A DNA stretch of 64,000 nt, taken from assembly GCF_009914755.1 (NCBI RefSeq), contig NC_060926.1; one strand, 5' to 3'. Below, one piece after another: positions 1-23,859 of this stretch; the first letter of the stretch is position 1, and every line of letters starts with the position of its first letter. This DNA is from the human T2T-CHM13v2.0 reference genome, Homo sapiens. The notes beneath the pieces are model-generated. The model ran no database searches. It was given only the letters and a program-made list of their open reading frames with translations, and had not been told where the DNA came from. Position numbers and translations under genes: made by a program.

Positions 1-1016
1 AAAAGCAGAGATAAGAATCAAAGTGTCAATTTTTGACCAAGCCATAAGAAATCTTCAATAATTTAAAAAGAAAAAGAGTTAATTAACATGGTCACCAGAG
101 AAAATCTGGAAAATATGGAAAAGTAAAAAAAGACAGTGAATGTCTTTCAGGATCCGACTAACCACAGAGAACCACTGATAGCATGTGGGCACGCTTCCAT
201 CTGGTCTTTTTCTGCCTCCTTGAGTCCCACCCACATCTTGTGAAGTGGTGAAGCTGTGGCAAGGGACCCAGCTCTGCTGAGCAAGCCCCTTCCCTCTTTG
301 TCTTTCCACCATTCTCTTACAAGTAGAATAGCCAATATCTGCTTGCTTCAGGGTGGCAGGATCCCATTTATAACTGCTTAAGACTATGTTTACTTACTGA
401 ATACAAAAGTAGCACATGATCATTCTAAAAAAATATTGTGTGTGTGCATCTGTGCATCATGAATGTATAAAGCAGAAAGCAGGCTGATACGGTGTACTGG
501 ATCCAGGTGGCAAGTGCAAACACATCTCTTAAACTTGCCAAACCCAAATCCCTTAAAATGACAGAAAAGTGGCTTAACGATAAGTTTATTATAGTAAATG
601 AGAACAGATGTCACTAACAGACCAGAAATCATGAAGAATTCCCAGAAGACAGAATGTAGAATGGAAACAGATGAATGAGAGGAGAAACTCCAAACATACT
701 CTGTCAAAAAGTACAGATGAAGAAAAAGAAATCCAGAGAAACACCAAATTCCAAGTCAAATAATAGATTCACTGTCTCTTGTCTGCAATTCTTAAATCCA
801 AAAGGTTCTCAAAACAGAAAGATTTTTTTCCCCTAAGTTTGGCACAAACTCAGTTGCAGCAAAATCTGACCAGGACTGATGTAAAGCTATTTGTAGATTT
901 TATTTATCTTACTTTGTGTGAATATTCATTTCTTTCTTTGCAAAAAAAGTTAATATGTCTGATTACAGGATGCTACCCTAGACCCACTGGGAGTATTATG
1001 AAATATCAGTAGATGC

Positions 1017-1460
1017 TATGCTAGTTAACACTGAGTGTCAACTTGATTGGATTGAAGGTTGCAAAGTATTGATCTTGGGTTTTTCTGTGAGGATGTTTCC
1101 AAAGAAGCTTAATATTTGAGGCAGTGGGCTGGGGAAGGCAGACCCATCCTTAATCTGGTGGGCACAACCTAATCAGCTGCCAGCAAATATAAACCAGGCA
1201 GAAAAATGTGAAAAGGTGAGATAGGCCTAGCCTCCCAGCCTACATGTTTCTCCCATGCTGGATGCTTCCTGCCCTCAAACATCAGACTCCGAGTTCTTCA
1301 GTTTTGAAACTCAGACTGGCTCTCCTTACTCCTCAAGCTTGCAGACAGCCTATTGTGGGACTTTGTGATTTTGTAAGTTAATATTTAATAAACTCCTATA
1401 TATATATATAAAATATATCTCCTATTAGTTCTGTCCCTCTAGGGAACCCTGACTAATACA
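1017..1460 (+). mobile_element. MLT2A-type (HERV-L) solo LTR
   Basis: Starts ..GTTAACACTGAGTGTCAACTTGATTGGATTGAAGG and ends CCCTGACTAATACA. 5-bp TSD GATGC at 1012-1016 and 1461-1465. Confidence 0.88.
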
Positions 1461-1700
1461 GATGCTATGAACATCCTTTCTCTGTTTTTTTTTTTGAGAC
1501 AGAGTCTTACTCTGCCACCCAGGCTGGAGTGCAGAGGCACGATCATAGTTCACTGCATCCTCAGACTCCTGGGCTCAAGTGATCCTCCCATCTCAGCCTC
1601 CTGGGTAGCTGAGACCACAGGCTCACACCATCACACCTGGTTAATTTTTTTTGAAACAATCTTCCTAAATTCAAAAAATTAGGCCGGGTGCGGTGGCTCA

Positions 1701-2015
<315 letters not shown>

Positions 2016-3073
2016 TTAGAATTTCAGCATACAACTGGATCCTAGAGATTTGGATAAAGAATGTGGGCTTATGATGATATCAGAAGAGGTACCTAGAATA
2101 AAATAAAAATTAGATTTTCAACAATAGGAAAATGAATAAACAAGTGGGTATATATGCCCATGAATTAAAAGGAAATTAAAGACATACATATTGGAAATGA
2201 AGAAATAAACTGCCCCTATTTGCAGAGGACACAATTGCCTAGAGAATCCCCGAGGAATCCACCAAAAAAGAAAAATGCCAAGAACTAATAAGTGAATTTA
2301 GTAGGTTTTCAGGATTCAAAGTCAACTTACAAAAAGGAATCATGCTAGAAAGCATATACTAGGATGAGCAATTGGAAACAGAAATTAAAAACACAATACC
2401 ATTTATAATTGCTCAAAACTAGAGGAAATACTGTGTATACATCTAACAAAACATATACAGCATCTGTATGATAGAAACTGTGAAATACAGATGAAAAAGG
2501 TTTAAAAAAAAGCCTAAATTAATAGTGAGATATACCATGTTCATTAGTTTGAAGACTAACCATAAAAGTGTCAATTATGTCCAAACTAATCTATCAAAGC
2601 CTCAACAGGATTCTTTGTAGATACAAACAAGCTGACTGAAATTTATACAGGGAAGCAAAGGAACTAGAATAGCTAAAACAATTTTGAAAAAGAATAAAAT
2701 GGGAGGAATCAAATTACCTGATTTTAAGACTTACTTATTATATGGTAACAGAAATTAAGACAGTGTGGTGTTGGCAGAGGAACAGACACTTGTGATCACT
2801 GGAACAGAGCAGAGTACAAAAATTGGCCAATATATTCACCAACAGATTTTTGACAAAGGTGCAAAAGTGATTCAATGGAGGAAGGATAACCTTTATAATA
2901 AATAGTCTTGAAACAATTGGATATTTATAGATTAAAAAAAGAACATTGGCCAGGTGCGGTGGCTCGTAACTATAATCCCAGGATCCCAGTGCTTTGGAAG
3001 GCTGAGGTGGGAGGATTACTTGAGTCCAGGAATTTGAGATCACCCTGGGCAACATGGCAAGACCCCATCTCTA

Positions 3074-3262
<189 letters not shown>

Positions 3263-4186
3263 TCAGGAGGCTAAGGTAGGATAATCACTTGAACTTGGGA
3301 GGTGGAGGCTGCAATGAGCCTCCAGCCTGGGCGACAGAACAAGACTCCATCTAAAATAAAAATAAAAAAAAATTAAATCAAAAATTAGCTGGGCATGGTG
3401 GTGCATGCCTGTGGTCGCAGCTATCAGAAAGTGGGAGGATTGCTTCAGACTAGGAGGTCGAGGCTGCAGTGAGCCATGATCATGCCACTGCACTTAGCCT
3501 GGGCAATACAGTGAGACCCTGTCTTAAAAAAATAAACAAAAAAAACGAAAAAAAAAAAACCTTGAGCTACACCCCTCACACTTCGTGCAAAAATTATCTC
3601 AAAATGGATCATATTCCCAAATGCCAAACAAAAAACCATAGAGCTCTTAGAATAAAATCTTCATAGCCTAGGATTAGGTGAAGAGTTCTCAGACATGATA
3701 ACAAAGACATGATTTACAAGACAAAAAAAAATCAATAAATTGCTCTTCATCAAAATTAAAAACTTTGCTCTGTGAAAGATTCTGTTAAGAGAATAAAAAG
3801 ACAAACAACAGACTGTAATAAAAGGTCTGCAAATCACACATCCAACAAAGAACTTGTATGCAGAATGTATAAAGAACTCTCTAAATTCAACAGAAAAGAA
3901 AAATCTCCAATCAGAAAACAGAAAAAAAAACACTTTACCAAGGAGTATATATGTATGGCAAACATGCAGATAAAAAAAATTCACATCATTAGTCATTAGA
4001 GAAATGCAAATTTCCCTAATGATGAAATATTACTAAAAGCTGTGATGAGATATTACTACACATCTATAAGAATGATTAAAAGAAAAACAATTAGCTGGGC
4101 ACGGTGGCTCACGCCTGTAATCCCAGCACTTTTGGAGGCCGAGGCGGGCGGATCACGAGGTCAGGAGATCAAGGTCATCCTGGCTA

Positions 4187-4559
<373 letters not shown>

Positions 4560-4918
4560 TCATGGGAATGTAGTGTGATTTAGCTACTCAGCAGTTCAGC
4601 TGTTTATGATAAAGTTTAAACATACTCATTACTTACCTAGCAGTGAAAGTCCTGGCTATTTATCCCAGAGAAATCAGAACTTATATTCATACACACAAAA
4701 GGAATGAAGCATTGCTACATGCAGTAACTTGGATGCATCTCAAGGGCATAATGCTGAGTGGGAAAAACAAAAACAAAAAACAGGCAGGGTGTGGTGGCTC
4801 ACGCCTGTAATTCCAACACTTTGGGAGGCCGAGGTGGGTAGATCACTTGAGGTCAGGAATTTGAGACCATCCTGGCCAACATGGCAAAACCCCGTCTCTA
4901 CTAAAAATACAAAAATTA

Positions 4919-5062
<144 letters not shown>

Positions 5063-5228
5063 TCAAAAAAATGAAACAAAACAAAACAAAACAAAAACAA
5101 TAAAGTGACAAAATTATAGTGATGGAGAACACATCAATGGTTGCCAGGGTTGTAAGTAATGGACCAGTTCTGTATCCTGGTTTTGGTAATATCTACTGGA
5201 CTCTATGAGTGATAAAATTTCATATAAC

Positions 5229-5231
<3 letters not shown>

Positions 5232-5275
<44 letters not shown>
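5232..5275 (+). repeat. (CA)n microsatellite
   Basis: About 22 perfect AC units. Confidence 0.95.
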
Positions 5276-5276
<1 letters not shown>

Positions 5277-5907
5277 AAAGTACATATAAACTGGCAAAAT
5301 CCAATACGATCTTTACTTGAATTAATATTATTACACCAACCTTAATTTTCTGGCTTTGATGATGTACTATGCTTATATGTATAAGATATTATTATTAGAG
5401 GATGCTAGGTAAATGGTATACTAGAACATTCTGCACTATTTTTACACTTTCTCATGAGTCTGAAACTTTTAAAATATAAAAAGTTATTTTTAAAAAGCGA
5501 TGGAATAATAACCGCAAAACTTCAAAAAGTAGTCACCAAGGGAGAGATTCAGGAAATGGAATAGATAAGAAATATACATACAGATGTAAGTTATTGGTTT
5601 TGTTGTAGTTCTAGGTTCACTGGTGAGTTCATGGCTGCTCACTGTTTTATAATGTTTTATGTAGATACAGATGTAGATGTAGATATTTCTAGAGATCTAG
5701 ATGTAGATGTAGCTATAAATGTAGCCATAAGCTGGGGGCAGTGGCTCACGTCTATAATCCCAGCATTTTGGGAGGCCGAGAAGGGCAGATCACCTGAGGT
5801 CAGGAGTTCGAGACCAGCCTGGCCGACATGGTGAGACCCCCCATCTCTACTAAAAAATAAATACAAAATTAGCCGGGCCTGGTGGTGCATGCCTGAAGTC
5901 CCAGCTA

Positions 5908-6015
<108 letters not shown>

Positions 6016-6434
6016 TCAAAAATAAATAAATAAAAGTAGCCATAGGCATAGAGACAGAGTTAGAGACAGAGATCTCACACATAATCTTCCCTGCACATCA
6101 AAACAATGTTTTCAGACCTAATGAAGAAAAATAATTTTAATAAGAAGTTGTAAAACAGTATTGTGATAGCAGCCCATTCTCACTTTCTTTTTAAAAGCTC
6201 TATTCCTATATGCACATATATGGGTGTAAATGTACAGGAAAAGGCAGAAAGAATACAAGCTGAAAGACTAGTCGAGAGTTCTGGGGAGAATACTGGGATT
6301 GTGCATAGACGGAGAAGGGGAGAAGTAAGAGAGGAGAGTGAATTGGGATATTCCCCCTTTACTCTCTATATTTTATATTTTAAAAACTTTTCCAAGATAA
6401 CGTATTTGTATAAATTAGGCTTCACTGCACCACT

Positions 6435-7130
<696 letters not shown>

Positions 7131-7135
7131 TCCAT

Positions 7136-7560
7136 TGTGATGGTTAATACTGAGTGTCAACTTGATTGGATTGAAGGATGCAAAGTATTGATCCTGGGTA
7201 AGGAGATTAACGTTTGAGTCAGTGGGCTGGGAAAGGCAGACCCCCCCCCAATCTGGGTGGGCATAATCTAATCAGCTGCCAGCTGCCAGCAAGACCAGAA
7301 TAAAAGCAGGCAGAAGCATGTGGAGAGATCAAACTGGCTTGGCCTCCCAGCCTACATCTTTTTCCCATGCTGGATGCTTCCTGCCCTCAAACATCGGACT
7401 CCAAGTTCTTCAGCTTTAGAACTTGGACTGGCTTCCTTGCTCCTCAGCTTGCAGATGGACTATTCTAGAACCTGTGATTGTGTAAGTTAATACTCCTTAA
7501 TCAATTCCCCTTTTTATATACATCTATCCTATTAGTTCTGTCCCTCTAAAGAACCCTGAC
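7136..7560 (+). mobile_element. Second MLT2A-type LTR, 3' end cut by an Alu
   Basis: TGTGATGGTTAATACTGAGTGTCAACTTGATTGG...AGAACCCTGAC; highly similar to 1017-1460. Confidence 0.87.
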
Positions 7561-8431
7561 AGCCAGGCAAGGTGGCTCACGCCTGTAATCCCAGCACTTT
7601 GGGAGGCCAAGGCAGGTGGATCACCTGAGGTCAGGAGTTCGAGACCAGCCTTACCAACATTGTGAAATCCTGTCTCTACTAAAAATAGTCGGAGGTTGCA
7701 GTGAGCTGCGATTGCACCACTGCACTCTAGCCTGGGTGACAGAGCGAGACTCCATCTCAAAACAACAACAAAGCCCCAAAAAACAAAACAAAAGAGTAGC
7801 ACCTCTAAAATATGACTCCATAGAACAGCAATAGAAAAGGTACTCCAAAGCTTTGAAATTCCTGAGTTCCTTAATTTGGTCCTCAGGAATTTGGTTTCTA
7901 TTAGTAAAATACAAAAGTAGTTTTAAAAAGTTGAATAGAAATAGTCCCTACCAGTGTAGATACTTGGTTGTTTATCTTGCTTATCTGAGGTTAAAATCAA
8001 AGATATTAAAGCTTTAAATAGCCATCAAATTGCCTTTTTACCTGGGCAACTTGAGTGTCTTCCGAGGCTCACTTCTGCTTGAGAGAATGAGAAATTTCTG
8101 CTGTAGGTGTGCAGATTGAGGTGTGATTAAGATAGACATGGCAGGAAATTCACTACTTCCAAGGACCATGATGTCATGATGATGTAGCTTATCAAGGTCC
8201 GTAAGGATGGGACCACATCCCTGGAGGCAAGAGGCTAGGGCTCTTTTGAAAGGTAGAGTCATTTCTGGCACCAATAGGATGGTGAAAATGTAGGTCCTCA
8301 TATGCAAAGACATCGTTACTCCAACGTTAGTGGAGTTGGTTTGCTCAAGTCTTTATTTTAACAGTGGTAATAAATTTGTGATTATTCATCATCAACTCCC
8401 CTACTAACCACTGTAGGCCTTTTTAATTTAA

Positions 8432-8599
<168 letters not shown>

Positions 8600-8998
8600 T
8601 AGAGACAGGGTTTCATACCATATTGCTGAGGCTGGTCTTGAACTCCTGAGCTCTAGCAATCTGCCCACCTCGGCCTTCCAAAGTGCTGGGATTACAGACG
8701 TGAGCCACTGCACCTGGCCTGTTGGCCTTTTAAAGAGACAAGACTTGTTAAGACTTGTGTCTCTGCAAAGTCGCTTTCCTGTTGGATGAGTTTTCACCTG
8801 CCAAAAACTTCCACTGTATCTCCCACCTGGACCTGTTGTTCCTCACTCTGGAAATCTTTCTCCATTTAATCAAAATCGAACGTACCAGCCAGCCATGATG
8901 GCACGCATCTGTAGTCCCAATTACTCAGGAAACTGAGGCTGGTGGATCATCAGAGCCCAGGAAGGAGGTAGAGGTTGCAACGAACCATTTTGGTGCCA

Positions 8999-9174
8999 CT
9001 GCACTCCAGCCTGGGTGATAGAGATCATTGACCTCTCCCCAGGGCCTGGCTCTCTACCATCTAAGGTGACTGGCTGTTTGACTGATCTGCACTCCAGCCT
9101 GGGTGATAGAGATCATTGACCTCTCCCCAGGGCCTGGCTCTCTACCATCTAAGGTGACTGGCTGTTTGACTGAT
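8999..9174 (+). repeat. Perfect 88-bp tandem duplication
   Basis: 8999-9086 equals 9087-9174 (CTGCACTCCAGCCTGGGTGATAGAGATCATTGACC...GGCTGTTTGACTGAT). Confidence 0.95.
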
Positions 9175-9332
9175 AATTCAACCCTATTTATATGGTAGTA
9201 GATGGTAAATTTACAGCAATGATAATGCACAAAAAGCGATAGTTCCTATGACATTAACACTAATCCTCACAGCAGCACTGTGAGGTGGGTTGAATTGTTT
9301 CCATTTCATTTTAATTTTTTTTTTACTTTTGA

Positions 9333-9488
<156 letters not shown>

Positions 9489-10129
9489 TAGTAAAAATGG
9501 GGTTTTGCTATGTTGGGCAGGCTGGTCTTGAACTCCTGACCTCGGTTGATCTGCCCGCCTTGGCCTCCCAATGTGCTGGGATTACAGGCATAAGCCACTG
9601 TGCCTAGCCTGTTTCTGTTTTAAAGGAATTGCTAAATACGAAAACAGAAGAGAGGGTTAGAATGGAGGGGTTGTCTGCTCCCAAAGCCATACTTGTCTGA
9701 AAATCCCAGTGAGGTTTTACAGCTTGCTATAATAACCAATGCCCCCAAATGGCTTTGTAGCAGGTGTCTTTGGAAATAATAATCTTAAATCGTGATTTCC
9801 CAAATCTGACTAAAGATAAGAATTTATCTGGCTGGGTGTGGGGGTTCACACCTGTAATCCCAGCACTTTGGGAGCCTGAGGTGGGAGGATTGCTTGAGCC
9901 TAGGAGTTTGAGATCAGTCTGGGCAACATAGTGAGATCCCATCTCTATATAAATAAAAAATAAAGAAAAGAATTTATCTGTAAACCAAATTAAAAATACA
10001 GGCTCCAGGAAGGCTGGGCGCGGTGGCTCACGCCTGTAATCCCAGCACTTTGGGAGGCCGCAACAGGGGGATTGTCTGAGGTCAAGAGTTTGAGACCAGC
10101 CTGGCTAACATGGTGAAACCCCGTCTCTA

Positions 10130-10293
<164 letters not shown>

Positions 10294-11082
10294 TCAAACC
10301 GAAACAAAAAAACAGGCTCCCAGGGCACAGGCCAGGCCACTGAATTCAAGTCTTCAGCTCAGAGGCCAGGGAAGCTGTGCCTTTAGTCTTGCATCCCCAT
10401 GTGGGAACCACTGTCATAGCTGAAGGAGCACCTTATCAGTTGGATTTCTATCAGCTTGAGAGTTGGGTAAGGTAAATTATTGGAGAACGGTAGGGGGTCC
10501 TTAGGAATCTCAAAAATCTCATCAAGTAGAATCCTCCAGCCACTGGGCAGGGAACACTATGGAAGTAAAGTCAGGAAATGAGAGTGCAGAGGTACAGGTT
10601 TCCCACCCAGAGGTTTGATCTTGCCTAAAATTCTGCAAATGACTAAATCATGACCTTTTCTTTGAATGAGAATTGTGGAGTCAGACCATCTGAATTTGTA
10701 CCTGGTTCCCCCAGCTTCTAAACTTTGTGAGCTTGGACAAATTACCTAACTTCTCTATGCCCTGGCTTTCCCATTTATGAAACAGAAATGATAATCATTA
10801 ATTACCACCTAAGGATGTTATCAGAATTTTAAACTATAATACTTAATATTGTGTCTAGCACATAGTAGGCATCCAACAAATATTATTGGTTATTATGGGG
10901 TTAGATAATAATATCAAGTAATAATAAAACTCAGTTCTACATAATGCTTATAGCATAGAAGACTGAACTTCTAAAATACCTCTGGGCATTGCATCAGGTG
11001 CTTTACACATAATTTTAAAAACTTCTTATTCTAAATTATAGACCCATAGAAAGTTGCAAAAATATGGACTAATTCTCATTAG

Positions 11083-11496
<414 letters not shown>

Positions 11497-11724
11497 TAGG
11501 ATTACAGGTGTGAGCCACCACGCCCTGCCTATAATGTATATGTTTTTAGATGAAACTTTCCAGAAGAAGAAACTGAGGCTGACAAGTGAAGCAACTTACC
11601 TAACAACAGACAAACTCAAGGTCTCCAACTAAAGAGAAAAACTGCCTTTAACTTTTTGGCATAGGGGAGTAGCTGACAGGAAAGTGACAATCAGAAACAG
11701 AAGCCTGCTTCCCCCGCCCAAACC

Positions 11725-12350
<626 letters not shown>

Positions 12351-13749
12351 ACCTTCAAAAAGCCTCCTTTTGAAGAGGACTGAGTACTCTCACCTGCAAA
12401 ATGCTTCACCTATTCAGAGATGGTTACATATTTTATATCACATTCAATTCCTGAAAACAGCCCTGTGAGATAGCAGGGTAGATAATGTTATTATTTCAAC
12501 TTGACATAGTCTAAGGTCACATGGCAGACTCAGATAGAGCTGCCTTTAAAAATGTCCAGAAAAATTGTTACATTAACAGGTACTGAGTCTACCTTTTCAT
12601 CCTATAATCTCAATACCAACAGAAAATAAACCAGCAAGTTGTCATCTACAAATGAACATTTTGTGGGGAGAACAGAACACCTGGTATGCTGAATATGTGG
12701 AAACTCTTACGCATTTCTTTCTAAACTCTTCTGAAATGATAGAAAAATCACGTAACAAATGAGGCAACGGACTCTTGTGAACTTATGGTTTCGGCCTGGA
12801 AGCCACAGCACAGGAACCACAGGGAGGAAAAATTGTTCTGGGCTTTTAGATGCCCAAACGCCTCCAAAGACACCTTCATACTGGAAATCATAAAAGTGAA
12901 TTTGGCTCCCTCTTTAAAGCCCAAGGACCAAACTGGATTTACTGTTTGAGTGCAGGAAACTTTACCAAGATTATGGAAACAGAAAAGAATTCAAGATTAA
13001 CACATACTGTACATTTCAGTACAGGTGGCAGGACAATTAGAAATCTAGTTAAGCTATGGAAAATCTTCATAAATCTGGGAAGGATTTAGGTCTTGGTGTG
13101 CTTTGGTGTAACCCATCATCAGATGCATGTTGTACTCGGTCTCCGTGCATCCAGACTCCCCAGGTGCCGGGGAGATGATGTAAAGGGAAGAATAAAGAAG
13201 CGATTTTCTCTGATCCACCTTTTGTGTGGAGCAAACAATTAGGTGGCACTGGTGCCTGCAAGGGGGAACTGAGTAAGTCTCTGAATGCTGCCTTGCGTTA
13301 ATGTTCTAAAAGTTTCATGCTTTCCTTTTAAAAGTAATTAAGAGCATTCTTATGAAATAAAAAAATAGCTAAGGGAAAAGGAAAAAAAAAATTCAAAAGC
13401 AAAGACAACCCTTGACCATGGCGGCTCCAGCCATCTCACTGACATATTCTCTAAAATAAAATAGAATAAAATAAAACAATTATATATTTATTTATAAACA
13501 ATATATATTATATTCATATATATATATTAGAGACAAGGTCTCATTCTGTTGCCAGACTGGAGTGTACAGGTGGGACTACAGGCACATCCCTCCATGCTCA
13601 GCTAGTTTATTTAGTTTTTATTTGTAGAGATGAGGTCTTGCTACATTAATATTTTTAACTGACCGTGAATTGAGCCATGGTCTGCCTACCTGTAAAACCT
13701 ATTCTGCTTCAGCTATGCCAAATCAGGGCTTTATTTTATCTAGAATCTT

Positions 13750-15154
<1,405 letters not shown>

Positions 15155-15270
15155 ATCTAGACCTACCCTGCCTTCTTAAATCTCTTCTGGAGGGATCCCA
15201 TTAAGTTGGGGAAGATGGAGTTTCCCCAAGTTTGTGCGGCGGTCTGTTTTTCCAACTTGCTAGGGCCTAG

Positions 15271-15669
<399 letters not shown>

Positions 15670-17546
15670 TAATAGGACTCCTCTTCCACTCAGCGATGCC
15701 TGTTCTGAAGCATGGATAAAACGCAACAGAATACACACTTAAATTAGTTGGTTGAATTTTTATGGCATGTAAAATGGCTGATTTTTTTTTTAAATAAACA
15801 AAAAAAGAAGAAAGAATATACACTTAAAAGTGGCTTATAAAGAAGCTTTAAATTCTGGATCTTGAAGCTCTCAACAGGGCACTAGTTGTTCTGCTCTGGA
15901 TACTTCCAGCTGCATTTTGCAGAGGGTGCGGATATGTTTGCCCAGAAACAGGCTTGCAGAGGCTAATTCTGGCTTCAAGAGTTGCTTTCTCCTGACCAAG
16001 AGGATTGAGGAAAGAAAGCCCCCTGCCCTCTTTATCAGGGATTTCCTGTGGGTGGAATGAAAGACTGCTTTAGGGTACTTTGGGAATAGATTTTTATCTG
16101 CTTTGGCAGTCTCTCAAATGAAAGACCAGAAAACACACCTTGAATGTCAGAAAAAGGAGTTTCCTGCAGAGAGCTTTGCAAATCTTTTGTAATTCCAGTG
16201 GAGTCCTGGGGATTGTGCCCAGTGCCTTAGAGCAGAAATTTCAAACCTGCCGGGTGTGGGTGAGCACCGGCCTTCCAGGTACCTCCCCAAGCCAAAAAGT
16301 CAATACCAGGAAAGGAAGAGACGGATTTTGCCTTGTTTTTGCCTTGTCTTGGGGTGAGCCCAACAGTGAGAGGGAAACCCTAGTACAGATGCAAACAAAA
16401 GGGCCCACGACATCCTATAGCCCAGTCCTGGAGAGGAGGCAAAGAAAAAGGCAAGGCCCAAAATGCACTAGTAATAGGGCCTTCCTTGACCAAGGAGGAT
16501 GCAGATTTACTGGGGGCTTCTTCCAGAGTAACAAGTACAAATTCCTGTGCCGTGGGGTGGAGCTCATGCTACATTCCCTCTCTCTCTGCAGGCGAAGGTA
16601 CTTATGCCTCAGGTCCATACCAAAAGAGGGTGGAGGTAGGGAGAAGGGAAGGTCAAGGCAGACCCTCCTCTTATTAAAGTGAACTGAAGTGTAGACCGAA
16701 GCCATGAGCCTTAGAGAGAAGCAGCTAAATGCAGGCACTGGTACTGGTCTGACCAGACCTGAGCCCTTCTCTGCAAGGTTTTTCCAGGAGTTAGGGGATT
16801 TTGTTTGTTTGGTTGGGCTGGCTGGTTGTTGGTTAGTTGTTCCAGTAGTAGGAAATGTTTAGAGCCTCAAAAACAAGCCGAATTTCTTTCGCAGTCCTTT
16901 TTCCTTGCAAAAGCCCGGCAGGCAATCAGAGGTAGGAGTTCATTATTCTGACAGGAACCAATTATCAACAGTTAGCAGAGGACAGGCAAAACCCCAGAGG
17001 GAAAAGGGTCCTTTCTCCCTTGAACACTGAATAAATTGAATTCAAGAGATAGTTTAACCTAGTAAGTATTCCTAAATTGTTGTTAGGATGCAAAGGTGAG
17101 GCCCCATGAGATAGCAAATAAATACGCTTTTCATTTTTCAGAAGATGAACCTGATGCCTAGAGTTCAAGAAAGATTTGCAACCACTGAGTGACAGAACTA
17201 GCTGCATTGGGATTGATAAGCAGAGAAACAAAAAAGAAAATACACTCCCCGTAGTAAACTGTAAACATGAAACAGAGCAGAACAGCAAAGAGGAAGAAAA
17301 ATAGTAAGCTGACAGAAGTTAGATCAAACCTATGTGTTGGGACAATAAATGTGGGTATGAAAAGCTCACCCATGGGCCAGATGCGGTGGCTCACACCTGT
17401 AATCCCAGTACTTTGGGAGGCTGAGGGGAGTGGATCATTTGAGGTCAGGAGTTCGAGGCCAGCTTGGCCAAAATGGTGAAACCACATCTCTATTAAAAAT
17501 ACAAAAATTAGCCAGGCGTGGTAGTGCACACCGGTAATCTCAGCTA

Positions 17547-17714
<168 letters not shown>

Positions 17715-17911
17715 TTAGAATGCCTCAGACACAAACAGTTTTTCAGCATATGCTTTATGCTTTGTTTCCTTATACTCTTACTAGTCAATTACATTAACAG
17801 ATTTTCTGATGTTGAATCATCCCTTAATAACTAGAATCCACTCTATTTTGCCATGATATGTGATATTTTGATACATTAATCAATTCAACCTGATAATCAT
17901 TTAAAACTGTT

Positions 17912-18732
<821 letters not shown>

Positions 18733-19399
18733 AATTTTGTGTACATTGGCATATATTTGTAAGTGAAATTTATCTATAGTTTTTTTTTTTTTTTTTTTTT
18801 GGAGAGCTATTCAGTTTGAGAGGAATCAGTATTTTGCTAGCTCCATAGAAAATATTAATAAATTATCATATTTGTACACATTTAAAGAAAACATTGGGAT
18901 AATATAGTCTTCAAAGCATTATAGAGCTTACTTATATAATTGTCTTGGTCTAGTACCTTTCTTGGGTATACATTTTTGATCACCATTTGAATTTCTTCAG
19001 TGGGTATTGATCTTTCAGAACTCCTGCCTCATCAGTCTGTGTTTTTGTTTTTTTGTTTTGTTTTGTTTTGTTTGTTTGTTTGTTTGTTTGTTTGAGATGG
19101 AGTCTTGCTCTGTCACCCAGGCTGGGGTGCAATGTCGTGATCTCGGCTCACTGCAACCTCCGCCTCCCCGGTTCAAGCAATTCTCCTGCCTCAGCCTCCT
19201 GAGCAGCTGGGACTACAGGCACCCACCACCGTGCCCACCACCACGCCCAGCTAATTTTTGTAGTTTTAGTAGACATGGGGTTTCACCATGTTGGCCAGGC
19301 TGGTCCTGAACTCCTGACCTCAGGTGATCTGCCTGGCTCGGCCTCCCAAAGGGTTGGGATTACAGGCATGAGCCACCATGCCCGGCTGAGGTTGTAATA

Positions 19400-23110
<3,711 letters not shown>

Positions 23111-23199
23111 AAGGAAGGAAGAGAGGAATGGGAGAAGAGAAAAGGAGCAAATGGAGAGTGAGAAAGATGGAGAGGAGTGGGAGAGGCAGGGAGATCAAG

Positions 23200-23858
23200 A
23201 TTTTCTTATAGTTCTGGAGGTTGGTTTTTTATTGTTGTTGTTTTCTTTTTTCTTTTTCTTTTTCTTTTTTTTTTTTTTTTTGAGACGGAGTATTTCTCTG
23301 TCACCCAGGGTGGAGTGCAGTGGTGTGATCTCAGCTCACTGCAACCTCTGCCTCCTGGGTTCAAGCGATTCTCCCGCAGCCTCCTGAGTAGCTGGGATTA
23401 CAGGCATTGCCACCATGGCCAGCTAACTTTCGTATTTTTGTAGAGATGGGGTTTCACCATGTTGGCCAGGCTGGTCTTGAACTCCTGCCTGAGTTCCACA
23501 GGTGATCCACCTGCCTCGGCCTCTGAGTGCTGAGATTACAGGCATAAGCCACAACGCCCAGCCAAGCTCTGGAGGTTGGAAGTCTAAGACCAGGGTGCCT
23601 ATATGGTTGGGTTCTGGTGAGGGTCTTTTCCTGGCTTGCAATAGCCGACATCTGGCTACATCCTCAGACCACAGAGAGAGATAGAAAGAGCAAGAGTATC
23701 TCTTCTTATAAGAACACTAATCCTGTCAGGAGGTCCCCATCCTCATGATCTCATCTATACCTAATTATCTCCCAAAGCCCCCATTTCCAAATCCCAACAC
23801 ATTGAGGGTTAGGGCTTCAACATACGAATTTTGGGGAAAAGATATCTGGCCCATAGTG
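23200..23858 (-). mobile_element. MLT1A-type MaLR LTR with nested Alu
   Basis: AGTTCTGGAGG..GGAAGTCTAAGACCAGGGTGCC..TCTGGTGAGGG..GGGTTAGGGCTTCAACATACGAATTTTGGGG. Confidence 0.75.
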
Positions 23859-23859
23859 C

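Noticed and set aside
16140-16738. 180-aa and 107-aa ORFs in the unique block
   Set aside because: No recognisable homology or splice structure, and the 180-aa frame starts at TTG; more plausibly non-coding.
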